From assembly GCA_002269645.1 (NCBI GenBank), contig NIVC01000479.1, positions 1-64,000 of the forward strand: a DNA stretch of 64,000 nucleotides, written 5' to 3'. This document shows, piece by piece, positions 34,447-47,354 of this stretch. A program made the position numbers and the translations under genes. Under the pieces are notes generated by a model. It did no database searches. It was not told where the DNA came from and worked only from the letters and a program-made list of their open reading frames with translations. Numbering within the stretch: the first letter of the stretch is position 1; each line of letters starts with the position of its first letter. This DNA comes from Macrostomum lignano. Taxonomy: Eukaryota.

Positions 34447-37400
34447 CTAGCAATCTTCGCCCCCCGATGGGGGACATCTGGATAGAATCTCTGTTTTCTA
34501 AAGTAACAAAAAGACAGCCAAAAATCCTTCAAAAAGACAACAGACAAACTGCTCAAATGAAGTGCATTGCAAAAAGAAATCATCCCAAGACTGCAAGCAT
34601 CCCCCAGATAGCAAGCATCCCCTAGATAGCAAGCATCCCCAAGATGGCAAGCATCCCCCAGATAGCAAGCATCCCCCAGATTGCAAGCATCCCCCAGATA
34701 GCAAGCATCCCCAAGATAGCAAGCATCCCTCAGATAGCAAGCATCCCCCAGATAGCAAGCATCCCCCAGATAGCAAGCATCCCCCAGATAGCAAGCATCC
34801 CCAGAAAGCAAGCATCCCCCAGATAGCAAGCATCCCCCAGATAGCAAGCATCCCCCAGATAGCAAGCATCCCCCAGATAGCAAGCATCCCCCAGATAGCA
34901 AGCATCCCCCAGATAGCAAGCATCCCCCAGATAGCAAGCATCCCCCAGATAGCAAGCATCCCCCAGATAGCAAGCATCCCCAAGATAGATAGCATCCCCA
35001 AATAGCAAGCATCCACCAGACAATAAGTAGCTAGTGCGACAATTTCCTTAGCATTATAGCGGCTCCTTTAAAATTCGCTTACTTTTACGTTTGAAATTGT
35101 GTATCTTTTTATGTTTAACAGGGTGGCTCTTTTATGTTCTACGCTCGTACATGGTAACTCTTTTATGTTTGATACGGTGGCTTTTCAATGTCTGACATAG
35201 TGGCTCTTCTATGTTTGACATGGGGGCTCTTCTATGTTTGACATGGGGGCTCTTCTATGTTTGACATGGGGGCTCTTCTATGTTTGACATGGGGGCTCTT
35301 CTATGTTTTACAAAGTGGCTTTTTAATGTTCAAAAAGGTGGCTCTTTTATGTTTGACATGGTGGCTCTTTAATGTTTGACATGGTGGCTCTTTAATGTTT
35401 GACATGGTGGCTCTTTAATGTTAGACAAAGTAGCTCTTTAATGTTTGACATGGTGGCTCTTTAATGTTAGACAAAGTAGCTCTTTAATGTTTGACATGAT
35501 GGCTCTTTAATGATAGACATGGTGGCTCTTTAATTTTTGACATGGTGGCTCTTTAATGTTGGACATGGTGGCTCTTTAATGTTAGACATGGTGGCTCTTT
35601 AATGTTCGACATAAAGTCACTTATATGTTTGACATGATGGCTCTTTTATGTTTAACATGGTGGCTCTTTAATGTTTGACATGGTAGCTCTTTTATGTTCG
35701 ACATGGTGGCTCTTTAATGTTCGACATGGTGGCTCTTTTATGTTCGACATGGTGTCGCTTCAATGTTTGACATGGAGTTACGTATATGTTTTACATGGTG
35801 GCTCTTTTATGTTCGACGTGGTGGCTCTTTAATGTTTGACATGGGGTCTCTTCAATGTTTGACATGGAGTTACGTATATGTTTGACATGGTGGCTCTTTA
35901 ATGTTTTACATGGTGGCACTTTCATGTTTGACCTGGTGGCTCTTAAATGTTTGACATGGTGGCTCTGTAATGTTTGACATGGTGTCTCTTTAACGTTTGA
36001 CATAGAGTCATGTATATGTTTGACATGGTGGCTCTTAAATGTTTGACATGGTGGCTCTTAAATGTTTGACATGGTGGCTCTTTAATATTTGACATGGTGG
36101 CCCTTTTATGTTCGACATGGTGGCTCTTTAATGTTTGACATGGAGTCATATATATGTTTGACCTGGTGGCTCTTGTATTTTTAACACGTTGGCTCTTTAA
36201 TGTTCGACATGGTGGCTCTTAAATGTCTAACATGGAGTCACGTATATGTTTGACATGGAGTCATGTATATGTCTGGTATGGTAGCTCTTTAATGTTTTAC
36301 ATGGAGTCACCTATATGTTTCACATGGTGGCTATTTTATGTTTGACATGGTGCTTCTTAAATGTTCGACATGGTGGCTCTTTAATGTTTTACATGGTGGC
36401 ACTTTCATGTTTGACCTGGTGGCTCTTTAATGTTTGACATGGTGGCTCTTTAATATTTGACATGGTGGCCCTTTTATGTTCGACATGGTGGCTCTTTAAT
36501 GTTTGACATGGAGTCATGTATATGTTTGACCTGGTGGCTCTTTAATGTTTGACATGGTGGCTCTTTAATGTTTTACATGGTGGCACTTTCATGTTTGACC
36601 TGGTGGCTCTTTAATGTTTGACATGGTGGCTCTTTAATATTTGACATGGTGGCCCTTTTATGTTCGACATGGTGGCTCTTTAATGTTTGACATGGAGTCA
36701 TGTATATGTTTGACCTGGTGGCACTTTCATGTTTGACCTGGTGGCTCTTTAATGTTTGACATGGTGGCTTTTTAATATTTGACATGGTGGCACTTTCATG
36801 TTTGACCTGGTGGGTCTTTAATGTTTGACATGGTACCTCTTTTATGTTCGACATGGTGGCTCTTTAATGTTTTACATGGTGGCTCTTTAATGTTTGACAT
36901 GGTGGCTCTTTAATGTTTGATAAGGTGGCTCTTTAATGTTTGACATTGTGGCTCTTTAATATTTGACAAGGTGGCTCTTTAATGTTTAAAATGGTGGCTC
37001 TTTAATTTTCGAAATGGTGGCTGTTTTATGTTTGACATGGTGGCTCTTTAATTTTCGACATGGTGGCTCTTTAATGTTCTTAATGGTGTCTGTTTTATGT
37101 TTGACCTGGCGGCTCTTTAATGTTTGACATGGTAACTCTTTTAGGTTTGAAATGGTGTCTCTTTAATGTTTGCCATTGTGGCTCTTTAATGTTTGACATG
37201 GTGGCTTTTTAATGTTCGACATGGTGGCTCTTTTAGGTTTGAAATGGTAACTCTTGTATGTTTGATATGGTGGCTCTTTTATGTTCGACATGGTGGCTCT
37301 TTAATGTTTGACATTGTGGCTCTTTAATGTTTGAAATGGTGGCTCTTTAATGTTTCGACATGGTGGCTCTTTAATGTTGAGAATTTTGTGTTTTTTAACG

Positions 37401-37964
37401 TGTTTTAATAAAAAAAACATTTTTCACCACTAAGATTCGAACCAAGGTCGCTACATTAGCATTCCAGTCTGTTTGCATCCGGCTATCTCTTTTCAATTGG
37501 AGAACATGACTTGTGGCCCTTATAATTCAATACTTATAGCAAGTCGGTAAGAGTAAAAAGTTATGACATAATCAATTTCTCAGTCAGCCAGTATCAGTCT
37601 CAATTCAAGTTAGCAATATGGTTACGCAATTTCAATGAAGTCTTGTGTGCGTTTCTGTGGCACTGTTTTCACCTTGTTGTGATGCAATCTTTATCACAAT
37701 CGTAATTCAGCCAGTCAGTTTTTTCTCTAGCATTCTTACAATGCATTTCAAGTCAAAAATTTGGCTTGACCTTTGCAAAAAAGCATGTTTTTCGAATATT
37801 TAATCCCTTTAACATTGAGCAATTTCTTAGCCAAGATACATGTACCGTCCCAGGAACATTTCTGATCGAATGGTGCAAGTTTGAAGAAAATCGGTTGAGC
37901 CATTTTTTCTGAAATCTATCGCATAGCTAGTTAGTTACAGACATTTCATTTTTAGTATATAGGA
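34447..37964 (-). mobile_element. Non-autonomous Helitron, copy 1 (3.5 kb), carrying 23-bp and 18-bp satellite arrays
   Basis: Minus strand starts A|TCCTATATAC at 37964 and ends with hairpin CCCCCATCGGGGGG..AGATTGCTAG|T at 34447; AT target, no TSD. Confidence 0.85.
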
Positions 37965-38294
37965 TTAGATTAGATTATAAACCAATGTTTTTAAGATAGA
38001 ACTATCTTTTATGAGTGACTGAAGGATTAGGCCTATTTTACTGCTATTTGTGTATCCATCATATCATGTGAAAATTCGGCAATCCAGTTGTCTAGTTTCT
38101 TGTAAAAGAAATCAAAATGGCTCGTAGTTGCACAATGTATTACAGAGAGAATAACCTTAACACTTTTAACTAACTTTTTTAATACTAAGAAAGTTTAAAA
38201 ACATTAAATTTTGATTTTACCGAATTGTACCAACATTATGTTGCCAAAATGGTCGTGACTGGAATGATAAGAATGATAATGTCCTTTTTAAGGA

Positions 38295-38890
38295 CAGCCC
38301 ATTTCGGCGAAGGAATTTTCGACGATAGACGCTTTGGCGAAAGTAAATTTTTAATTTAAATGGATGTAAATTGCGGCGAAAGAAAGTGACCAGTTCGGCG
38401 AAAAGATCGGCCAGGTATATAATTGCAAATGAAATAAACCACTGGAGATTGAAGCTTTTAATAAATTGTTCATTGCTGCAATTACATGCAGTTAGAAAAT
38501 TTAAAAACTTATGACTTAGCTCGTAGCTGTGTTAAGTACATGCGATCTATCGATATGCATTCGATAGATTGGGATGACCTGACGGTGTGTGTTTTTCAGT
38601 AATTTCCAGTTCCTAAAATCATACTTTGAAATCCCACCGTAACAGAACGACTAATAAAACAACTAAATTAAACTGCGACAAAACAAAAACGTGTCACGAT
38701 AAAATTAGTCTTTATAAAGCACGTCGTCTTTCTTTTTACTCTCTTCTTAAACAACAAAGATCTTCAGCGAAGCTTGGAACAAATCTTTCGCCGAAATGGT
38801 CAGCTTTAGACGAAATGGTCATTGCGAAAGGCAATAGTCAATTTCGCCGTTATTGACTATTGCCGGAAATTCCTTCGCCGAAGTGGGTTG
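38295..38890. mobile_element. About 600-bp TIR-bounded element with CGGCGAA subrepeats
   Basis: CAGCCCATTTCGGCGAAGGAATTTTCG vs rc right end CAACCCACTTCGGCGAAGGAATTTCCG; no TSD found. Confidence 0.6.
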
Positions 38891-39150
38891 AAACTATTTT
38901 TAATCAGCAGCTGAAGCGTGAAGGCACCAGGCCTACAGCCAACAAAAAAATCATCGATTGTAATAGAAAACAATTTTCAATTGCTTCACTCTTCAGTCTT
39001 CACTCATCAGCCACTGTTACAGCCCCTGGCTGGCCTGGCCCTTGCCCTACCTAGCTTTAGCTAATGTTTTTATTGGGTGCTAAATATGTATCTGTACTAT
39101 TGTATTGTAGCCCTATCAATGACATGATACTAATAGCATTGTTAGCATTA

Positions 39151-39389
39151 GGTACCAGTTGTTTTGGTGACAAATCATTTTGGTGACAGACATTTCAGTG
39201 ACAAATAGGCCTAGTCATTTTGGTGACAAGTTTTATTAGATTCAATATCCCTTAAGATTTGCAAGGTAGGGCCTAATTTTCTGTTTAAAAACAGAATGGC
39301 TATCACTAAAAGGGTATTTTTCTTTTCATTAAAATGACTTTAGTTTTGCTTGTCACTGAAATATCTTGTCACGGAAACAACTGTAATCC
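39151..39389. mobile_element. Small TIR element with GTGACA subrepeats
   Basis: CAGTTGTTTTGGTGACA left vs rc CAGTTGTTTCCGTGACA right. Confidence 0.45.
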
Positions 39390-40259
39390 ATTTATTGGGC
39401 TAGGCAGCAGGCTTGTCCTCATAGGCCCTACCATAAGTCTAGTTCTAACATTTCAGTTTTTAATTTTTGTCAGTATTACTATTGGACAATGTATACTATT
39501 AATGAAACTCTTAACTTTCATTAATAACAAAAACCATTACTTAATCTTAATTTATTGAGCTTGAGGCTTTAAATTTCATTTCATTTGACATTAGGGACCT
39601 AGGCCTGACCTTAGCCCTTAGTAGGCTTAGTAAGCTAATTGTAAAAGTTAGTTAATGGATGTCTATTGTCTAAATATAATCAGTAATACTAATAGATAGT
39701 AATTTGTTAATGTTAATATAGCCTAATATATAAACATATAGCATAGAAAATATGAGTTTTGCATTTTTCTTAAATAGGCTTTAGTAAGGACTAGCAACCC
39801 AGCCTATTTGCAGAGCATAAAAATGAAAAACTACTTGGCTGAAAATCAAATCATTAGACATTAGACTGGATTAATATGTAAATTACCCACACTCCCAGTA
39901 GGCCTATCATTTATTACCCATCAGGTTATCCCCAATGTTGAACAAGTTATGAGTCCTATGCCAGTTTATAAAAATTGTATGTTCTTATATGCTGAATAAA
40001 GATTATGCCCCTATATAGCTATAGACTAACTGTCTACTGAAAGATTAGAAAATTTCCCAAAGCAGTACTGTAATAATCCTGCTATAAGCCCACTATAAAC
40101 TTCTTCAATATAGTATAAAAATATACTTAGCTCCTTTATAATAATCGCAAAGCAACTAGGTTTTCGTATTTTTTTCATCCATAAGTTTTAAATTAATCCC
40201 TTATTTATTTGGTTCAAAATTGCAAAAAATAAATTAGTTTCAGAGGTAAATTGATGTTA

Positions 40260-41398
40260 GTCAACTTTAATTTCCATTGATGAATATACACATTTGTAGA
40301 CAGAGCTATTGGCAATGTATTCAGCTCAAAGATACCTTGAACATTTGTTGGACTATTCCTCAAAGAAGATTTTCTGCCAAATTTAAGATACAATTAAATG
40401 AAATGAATTAAATATTCACTACTTTATTTCCTACGTCTAATCATATTCTTGAGAATAAAGGTGTTTAAGAGTATAATTTAGCATGGAAACAATGAAATCA
40501 TAGTTTAACCCACCTCTTTGCTTTCGATTTGGACAACAATCTTTGTTACAGCTGTCCTTGCAGGCAACTAGATGGTAATCTGTGCTGCTTCTGGTTGCCT
40601 TTGTGAGCCAAGATGTGGCGATGACATTATTGCAGTAGGAATCAACAGTTTGCCATGAGTTTGTCTCTCAAACCAGGTTTGCAAACCCTCAGTATCAGGT
40701 AGCTTAGGCTGGTAGACAGAAAATGCGTTGGAAGTGTTGAGCAAAATTCCTTGTACCTGCTAGTTCTTGCACCCTTAAGCAGAAGAATTTTGCCTTCTCG
40801 CCAATCTGCCACCTGGTCTGCAGAAGCTTCCCAAAAGGTGCACACAACTTTTTTAGCTGACTGATCAGTCAATGTCACTGTAGCTTTTTGCAATTGCATG
40901 CCATTGTTCTTCTGCAGCTGGACTACTGTTTGCAAACTAACGAGTATACCAATGACATCCACAACTCTGTAAAAATTCCGAACAGCAGTATAATTATTCA
41001 GGAACCTATCTTGCTAGGCTTCATAGCTATGACCTTTTCATTTCCTGTTTTAAATACATACAGTGCGCAATTTTTCATACTTTTTTTCCTCATAAGTTGC
41101 TAATACAACTCAAAGTAAGGCGCAGTTCCCATATGTGAACTTGCTCATCGGTAAGTTTAATCATCAAACCCTTTGACGTGTTGGCCGAAATCTCTAGATC
41201 ATTATTGGCACTGTTATATTTTGTGCCGGGCTTTACAAATGCACTGTCAATTCAAATTGTGTTGCCCAGTTGACAGGGATGCCACTTGCACGGCACTGAA
41301 CTTACAAACACGGACACTCAAATTTCAGCAAAAGAATCATCGCATATTAGCATAGAAAAAATGCTGCCGGTACTACTACCATTTGTCCAGGATTAAAT
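40260..41398 (-). pseudogene. RPA70 (RPA1)-like multi-OB-fold gene, disrupted
   Basis: DBD-A-like WTNGSSTGSIFSMLICDDSFAEI*..KYNSANNDLEIS; DBD-B-like VDVIGIL..LTDQSAKKVVCTFWE..ILLLKGARTS..PKLPDTEGLQTWF; Zn-ribbon-like VACKDSCNK; in-frame TGA stops and frameshifts. Confidence 0.7.
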
Positions 41399-43607
41399 CT
41401 GTATTAACAATAATTAATTACAATAAAAACCAATAAACTGTTTGACTGGTAAGCCATGACAGAAAAAAATTGATGCTTACTTGTGTATGTGTCATGATCC
41501 ATACAACAAGACTGCTAACCAACTGGCTACAAAAGACCCTAGCAATTGTTGGACAGTTCCTCTTGGCTTCATCTTGCATATTATTGCTTAGTTTTTTAAA
41601 TTCTCGTTATCTGAATGTTGCTTCTTAAAATAACAAAAAAATGCCTGGCTGTTAAGTGGCTCGTTAGCTATTAAAGCCAAATTCATGCGTGCATCAAAAG
41701 TTAAATAAAAATTCTAGTATACCTTCCTGTAAGTTAACTTCGCAAGGACTTAAGGCTTGTTGACACAATAATAAACCTGGCCAATTTTGTGTGATTGCAC
41801 AATTTGTATATCATTTTTTATCCCCAAGTACACAAGTCACATAACTGGGTTGCTCATTTCAAGTCAGTGTGAATGAGCCTTAGTTAAAAGCTAGCCAGTC
41901 AAGTCTAAAGAACAACATTGAAATCATGTACACAATGCACAACTCAATTAAATTAGTCCACCTAGGTCATTCTATATCAAACCAGCAAATGGTCAGCATT
42001 ATACATGCAAACAAGTGTTGCGTAACCTATCCAGATTAACAAATGCACGGAGGAGGGCTTTTTGCTAGCTTGCTAGCTCTTTGTGCTCTATGCTCTCTCT
42101 CACTGCCCTCGCTCTATTTTCTATATTCTTACTGGTGTTATTAAGTTGTTGTAGGCCTATTGCTTCACTCTAACTAATCCCACTAAATGCCACTAAGTTT
42201 CTAATGCTAAACTATCTATTTGACCCTATTTACCTATCATACCTCAATGTATATAGCTTTTCTATCAACAAAGAGTAGGAAATGTAAGGAAAAGCCTATG
42301 GTTGCATTGGATCTGTTTCTAAGGCTACAAGGGCTGTGGGTATCAGTAAGTCCCAATCTTTGTGGTCTTTATTAATTAGACAAATGAATAAATTTCACTT
42401 GTTTAATGTTTATTAAATCTTTCTACTAGTCCATTAGACTAGGAATGATAGGGGATAATAAAAGTGTAGCAGTGGCACATATTATAAAGTTAGCAAAATG
42501 CTTTAAATTTTTCATTAGTAAAAGTTTTGCCATTGCCATTATGTCTGAATGGATATTTAGGTGAATAAGTTGCTGGCTATGAAACTTGGTATAAATATAA
42601 ACCAAAATATACTAGAAATTCTTTGGCTTCCTGTCTAGTTCAAGGTAGACAAACAGGAGTATAAGTAATTGTTAGAAAAACAGGTATAAATCTGGACCAA
42701 AGTATGCTTTTATCCAGAAATTTTTTAATTGCCTATCTATTTCTTCATCTACACATCTATTTTGCATTGTCTTATGGTAAAAAATAATCAAAACCAGATG
42801 ATTTTAGTCCAATTTACATTAAATTAGTGTTGTAAGGGTCGTGAGGGAGGACAATTTATCCTTTTGCTAACACTAAATTTGTTGTAAAAGGGGATTGGGG
42901 TTGCCAGGGATTTTCGGGAATTTCTTTGAATTTGGGAAGAAATATGCAATTACTATTACTAGTAGGAGTAAGCCTAAGGTTGCTCCTGGTAACCTAGTGT
43001 CCTAGCGGCAAGACACTGTCTATATAATCTAATCTGAAAATGGCTACACGGTGGATCAGAGTTGCCTGAGAATTGCGCAAAGGGGGGAATTCTAATCTTC
43101 AGTGGGGAATGCCTGGCATCAGGGGGATTCAGATAGGGAATTAAGAAGGCAATATGCCTAATCAAAGAATGACAGGCTAAAAGCCTTAACGGGGTAAGGA
43201 GGCAAATATGCCTGATGTGAGGGAAGTAATGAGGGGTATATAGCTTAGGCAACAGGCCTAGTGGGATAAGGAGGCAATATGCCTGATGTGGGAGTTGAGG
43301 CCAGAGCTAACAGGGAGTCTGGTTGGGGAGTTGGCCAAATACCAGGTCAAGCTGAGGGGTCAGGGAGTAGGGAAAGGCTGCACGCCTGTTTGGCTTGGTG
43401 AAGAGGGGTGTAGCAATTCGTCAGAAGGGGGGTTGTACATTCTCGAGAGAGGGATATGGGGATAAAGGGGTGACTGCTCGCCTTTAAAGAAACAAGTCTG
43501 ACTCAATAGCTATTTTTAGAACAGAGCGGCACTAAGGCCTAATAGTAGGAGCCTGAAGGCGGCAAGCCAAGGTGAACAGGTTATCAAATTGCCAGGCAGC
43601 AGGTTAG

Positions 43608-43873
43608 CCCTATTGCAGCCAAGGTCTGAACCGCGCCGGACGCCCCCCTTTCCCGCGCCAGACATCTACCCGTACTGCGCCAGGGCCAGTCCCCAGGATC
43701 AGTGATTTGGTTCAATTAGTCAGTCAATGGCTCGCCGCGCGCCGCGCGCCGCCGCCACACGCCAGGCCACCGCGCGCCGCCGCCACGCGCCGCGCCGCCG
43801 CGCGCGCCGCGCCGCCGCCAGGCCAATCCGCGCCGGACGCCGTCCACGAAAATGGCCATTGGCTGCAATAGGG
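43608..43873. mobile_element. 266-bp MITE with a 15-bp perfect TIR, 8-bp TSD and an extremely CpG-rich core
   Basis: CCCTATTGCAGCCAA / TTGGCTGCAATAGGG; CAGGTTAG at 43600-43607 and 43874-43881. Confidence 0.8.
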
Positions 43874-45834
43874 CAGGTTAGCTTTCTTTCAATATATTTC
43901 GCTTCTTTTATACTAAAAGCAGCAAAAATGGCGGACAGATATTAACAAATTATTATACTACAAAATAGTTACAAGAAGGTATGATAACAGATTATGTTCT
44001 TATTAGTGCAAATTTATTTATTCAGTAAGACTACTATTATTAGAAATTATTTTGAGAACACTGCGCGTTAAAAACGAACTATAGAAAAAGGCATACAGAA
44101 TGATTAAGGCATAAAGATACTATTGAGGCACGCAACAAGCAAACAAGATATCTAACTAATTAGACTGTCTCATTAGTACAAAAATCTACATGCTTATTAG
44201 GTATATTTATGGTTAATGTCTATTAACAGATTAATGCTTATTAATAGACTAGTGCCTAACTCTAGTTTTTGTTACTCTATGAGTAGTAGTAGTAGACTTT
44301 CATGCTATTTAAGTTTAGTTACTAGATTAGGCCACTTAAGAATTAAAAAAATATTAAATGTGGTATGCAATAGATTTTCTTGCCTATATAAGAATCCATT
44401 AACTATTTTCCTTTTTCATCTGTTGAATTATTTTTTCATTTTAAATGAAACAGTTGCAATCATAGAACAATGGAAAACAATGAAATAAAAGTATAATATT
44501 AATATCTTTCTACACTGTGAATTCTAGTAAGCTTTTGAAAGTGTGGCATTTGTGCCATAGACATTATAAACTCTTAGTGTTTTGTGTATGCACTTTCCCT
44601 TTGTCTGAATCACTGTGTGTCTGTCTGGTTCCAACATCTCTCTCTGTCTATCTCTCCACCTGCGTGTGACTCACCCCATTGTCTGTATCTCTCCACTGTC
44701 TATGTGCGTCCTACTCATGCCTTCCCTCTACAAAGCTTAGGGCGTACCCACCCCAAATATACTTCCTTAAAGGTGCCTCCCACTCTGCTTAGAAAGGGCA
44801 CTTCTTTTCTAGTATCTCTGCAATTCTTAGCTCAGCAGAGCAAACCAATTTGTGCAACAAGCCAGCCTTTGCCTTCAAAGTTATTACAGAAAGTTATTTT
44901 TTAGTATTTCTTTTTATCTAGGCCTATTTCATTTGATAAATCTCATTTGTCTCAGTAAAAAACACCTTAGTTTTTAAAATTGGTCAAGTAGTAAAACATT
45001 TACAAAAATTTTTTATAATTTTAGTTAAACCCTTTTGAAGTATTTATATGCATAGAAAAACTGTATATAAATGTATATTCTTTGAATTTTTTTATTAAAA
45101 AATATATTTAAAATGTTTTACTATTTAATTGTCTACATTAATATTAGCAAAAGTAATGATAAAAAAGTTATTTAAATGTAGAAAAATTAAAAAAGCAACA
45201 ATTACTTCTAGAAAGATGTGGCTCTTTGCAAGAAAATGTGTTTTGTTACTTCACTGATGATTATTGTTTCCATTAGACACAATGTTGATAAACTATCTAC
45301 CCTAGTGTTTCTCTCTCTCTCTCTCTCACACATTGCTGTTCATTCCACATAGACCTATAGCAGAGAAACTGACAGTGCTAAGACAAAATGACCACCCAAA
45401 TTGCATGACATGTATTCAAGACTATAAGGTATATACCAGGTGTTGCATAAAACTTGACCCATGGGTTGATAAAAAACTTGTAATTTAGCACCAAAGCAAA
45501 AATTAAAGACAGTTTAGTTCAGATAACTATGAAAGGCAAGCTTAGTAACTATTGTAACCATTGCAAACCAGAACTCTCTCTTGCCTTGTTTGGAAACTAA
45601 AGCATACTTTGATGATAAAGTCAGATGACATACTCATCTACTTCTCAGTAGCACTGTTCTTGAGTGCAGTGACAGTTGGGTAGCAAACTGTGTGGGCTCG
45701 AGCCAGACTATATATCCTTATATAATGAAGTCTAGTAGGTTTAAGTTTGGTGACTGCAAAATATTGGCTGTATGCACAAATATGCCATCTTGCAAGGGTT
45801 AAAAATTGTCACTACTTACAGCCAAGTCACGGTC

Positions 45835-46210
45835 ATGGAGAATCGGCAAGCCAAGATAGACAAGCTTAAGTCCCAGGTAGACTCTATCCGCATTGGTGGC
45901 AAAGGCTCCGCCAGGCGGAAGAAGAAGATTGTGCACAAGAACACTGGCACAGACGAGCGCAAAGTCACCACTACACTGAAGAAGCTCGGCGTCAATGCCA
46001 TCCCGGGCATTGAGGAGGTCAATATGTTTCGCGAAGGCGGAGAAGTGATCCACTTCACCAATCCGAAGGTTCAGGCTTCGCTTCAGGCTAATACCTTTGC
46101 CATCACTGGCCAAGCTGAGACTAAAAGCTTGACGGAACTGCTGCCAACTGTGTGGAATCAGATGGGCCCGGAGAGTTTTGCCAGCTTAAAGAAAATGGCC
46201 GCTGGATTGA
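45835..46210 (+). CDS. BTF3: BTF3 / NAC beta subunit, coding exon 1
   Basis: [55 protein letters not shown]; donor |GTAAGT phase 1. Confidence 0.95.
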
Positions 46211-46389
46211 GTAAGTAATCATTATGTATCTGATACTGGTGCGTAATCTTTATTTTGTTCACTAATAAACACGTTGATTCGTTGAAATTTTGCTCTATTG
46301 ATTAGTTGACTACTTATTTAATGGAATAGTTAATTGCTTGATACATTGATATGTTGATTAATGGATTGGTTTGTTAGTTGGTTGCATGA

Positions 46390-46770
46390 TCAATCGGTTA
46401 GATAATTGCTTGATCGATTGATTAGTTTATAACTTGATCGATTTATTAGTTTATAACTTGATCGATTCATTAGTTGATAACTTGATCGATTCATTAGTTG
46501 ATAACTTGATCGATTCATTAGTTTATAACTTGATCGATTTATTAGTTGATAACTTGATCGATTCCTTAGTTGATAACTTGATCGATTGATTAGTCGATAA
46601 CTTGATCGATTGATTAGTTGATAACTTGATCGATTGATTAGTTGATAACTTGATTGATTCATTAGTTGATAACTTGATCGATTGATTAGTTGATAACTTG
46701 ATTGATTCATTAGTTGATAACTTGATTGATTCATTAGTTGATAACTTGATCAATTGATGAGTTGATAACT
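46390..46770. repeat. 24-bp minisatellite (TTGATAACTTGATCGATTCATTAG) in the BTF3 intron
   Basis: Unit read directly. Confidence 0.93.
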
Positions 46771-47354
46771 TCAGGGGATGGCCTCCTGGGAAAGGGGCGA
46801 AGGGGTTGCTGAGATACCAATGATCAATTGGAAGTTGTTGGTAGGCGAAGCTAAAGGTACTCGTATTGGTAAATCATAAGGAATGTTGGGGATAAGCCGT
46901 GGCTAAAGGGAGGCTTTGATGACAAAGGTCACATAGGATGCTGAAATATTAAGCTAGATAGCTGGCTCTCAGGACGGATGCGTTTTTGCTTTGAACATCT
47001 TTTCCTTAGGATACTAACAAAACAAGAGCGAATGTACAAAGTCAAAACCGAAGTGTAGTTTATTCAATAAAAATATTCCTTCTGTTGCCTCCCCAACTAG
47101 GGGCGCAGATTGCTAGTTCGCTATACTAAAAGTTGTATTGATAATTTCATTTCCACGCCACTTGCGTAATTCTATTAGTCGTATCCGAAAGACTTTACGA
47201 TTCGAAAATCTTTATTCGCCTACTTGTCTCAATAGGTTGTCTCACAGATCCCTTGTAAAATGATTATCCTAAAAACTGTTTCTTTATCTAATTGATATAT
47301 TCTGAAGTTTAATGAATTGTTAAACTAAGCCTTTTTAAAAAACCTTTTTCAAAG

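Noticed and set aside
43727-43945. Arg/Ala-rich 72-aa ORF
   Set aside because: Translation of the GC-rich MITE core that runs past its TIR
45605-45700. Possible C/D snoRNA upstream of BTF3 (TGATGA at about 45610)
   Set aside because: No matching CTGA D box or terminal stem
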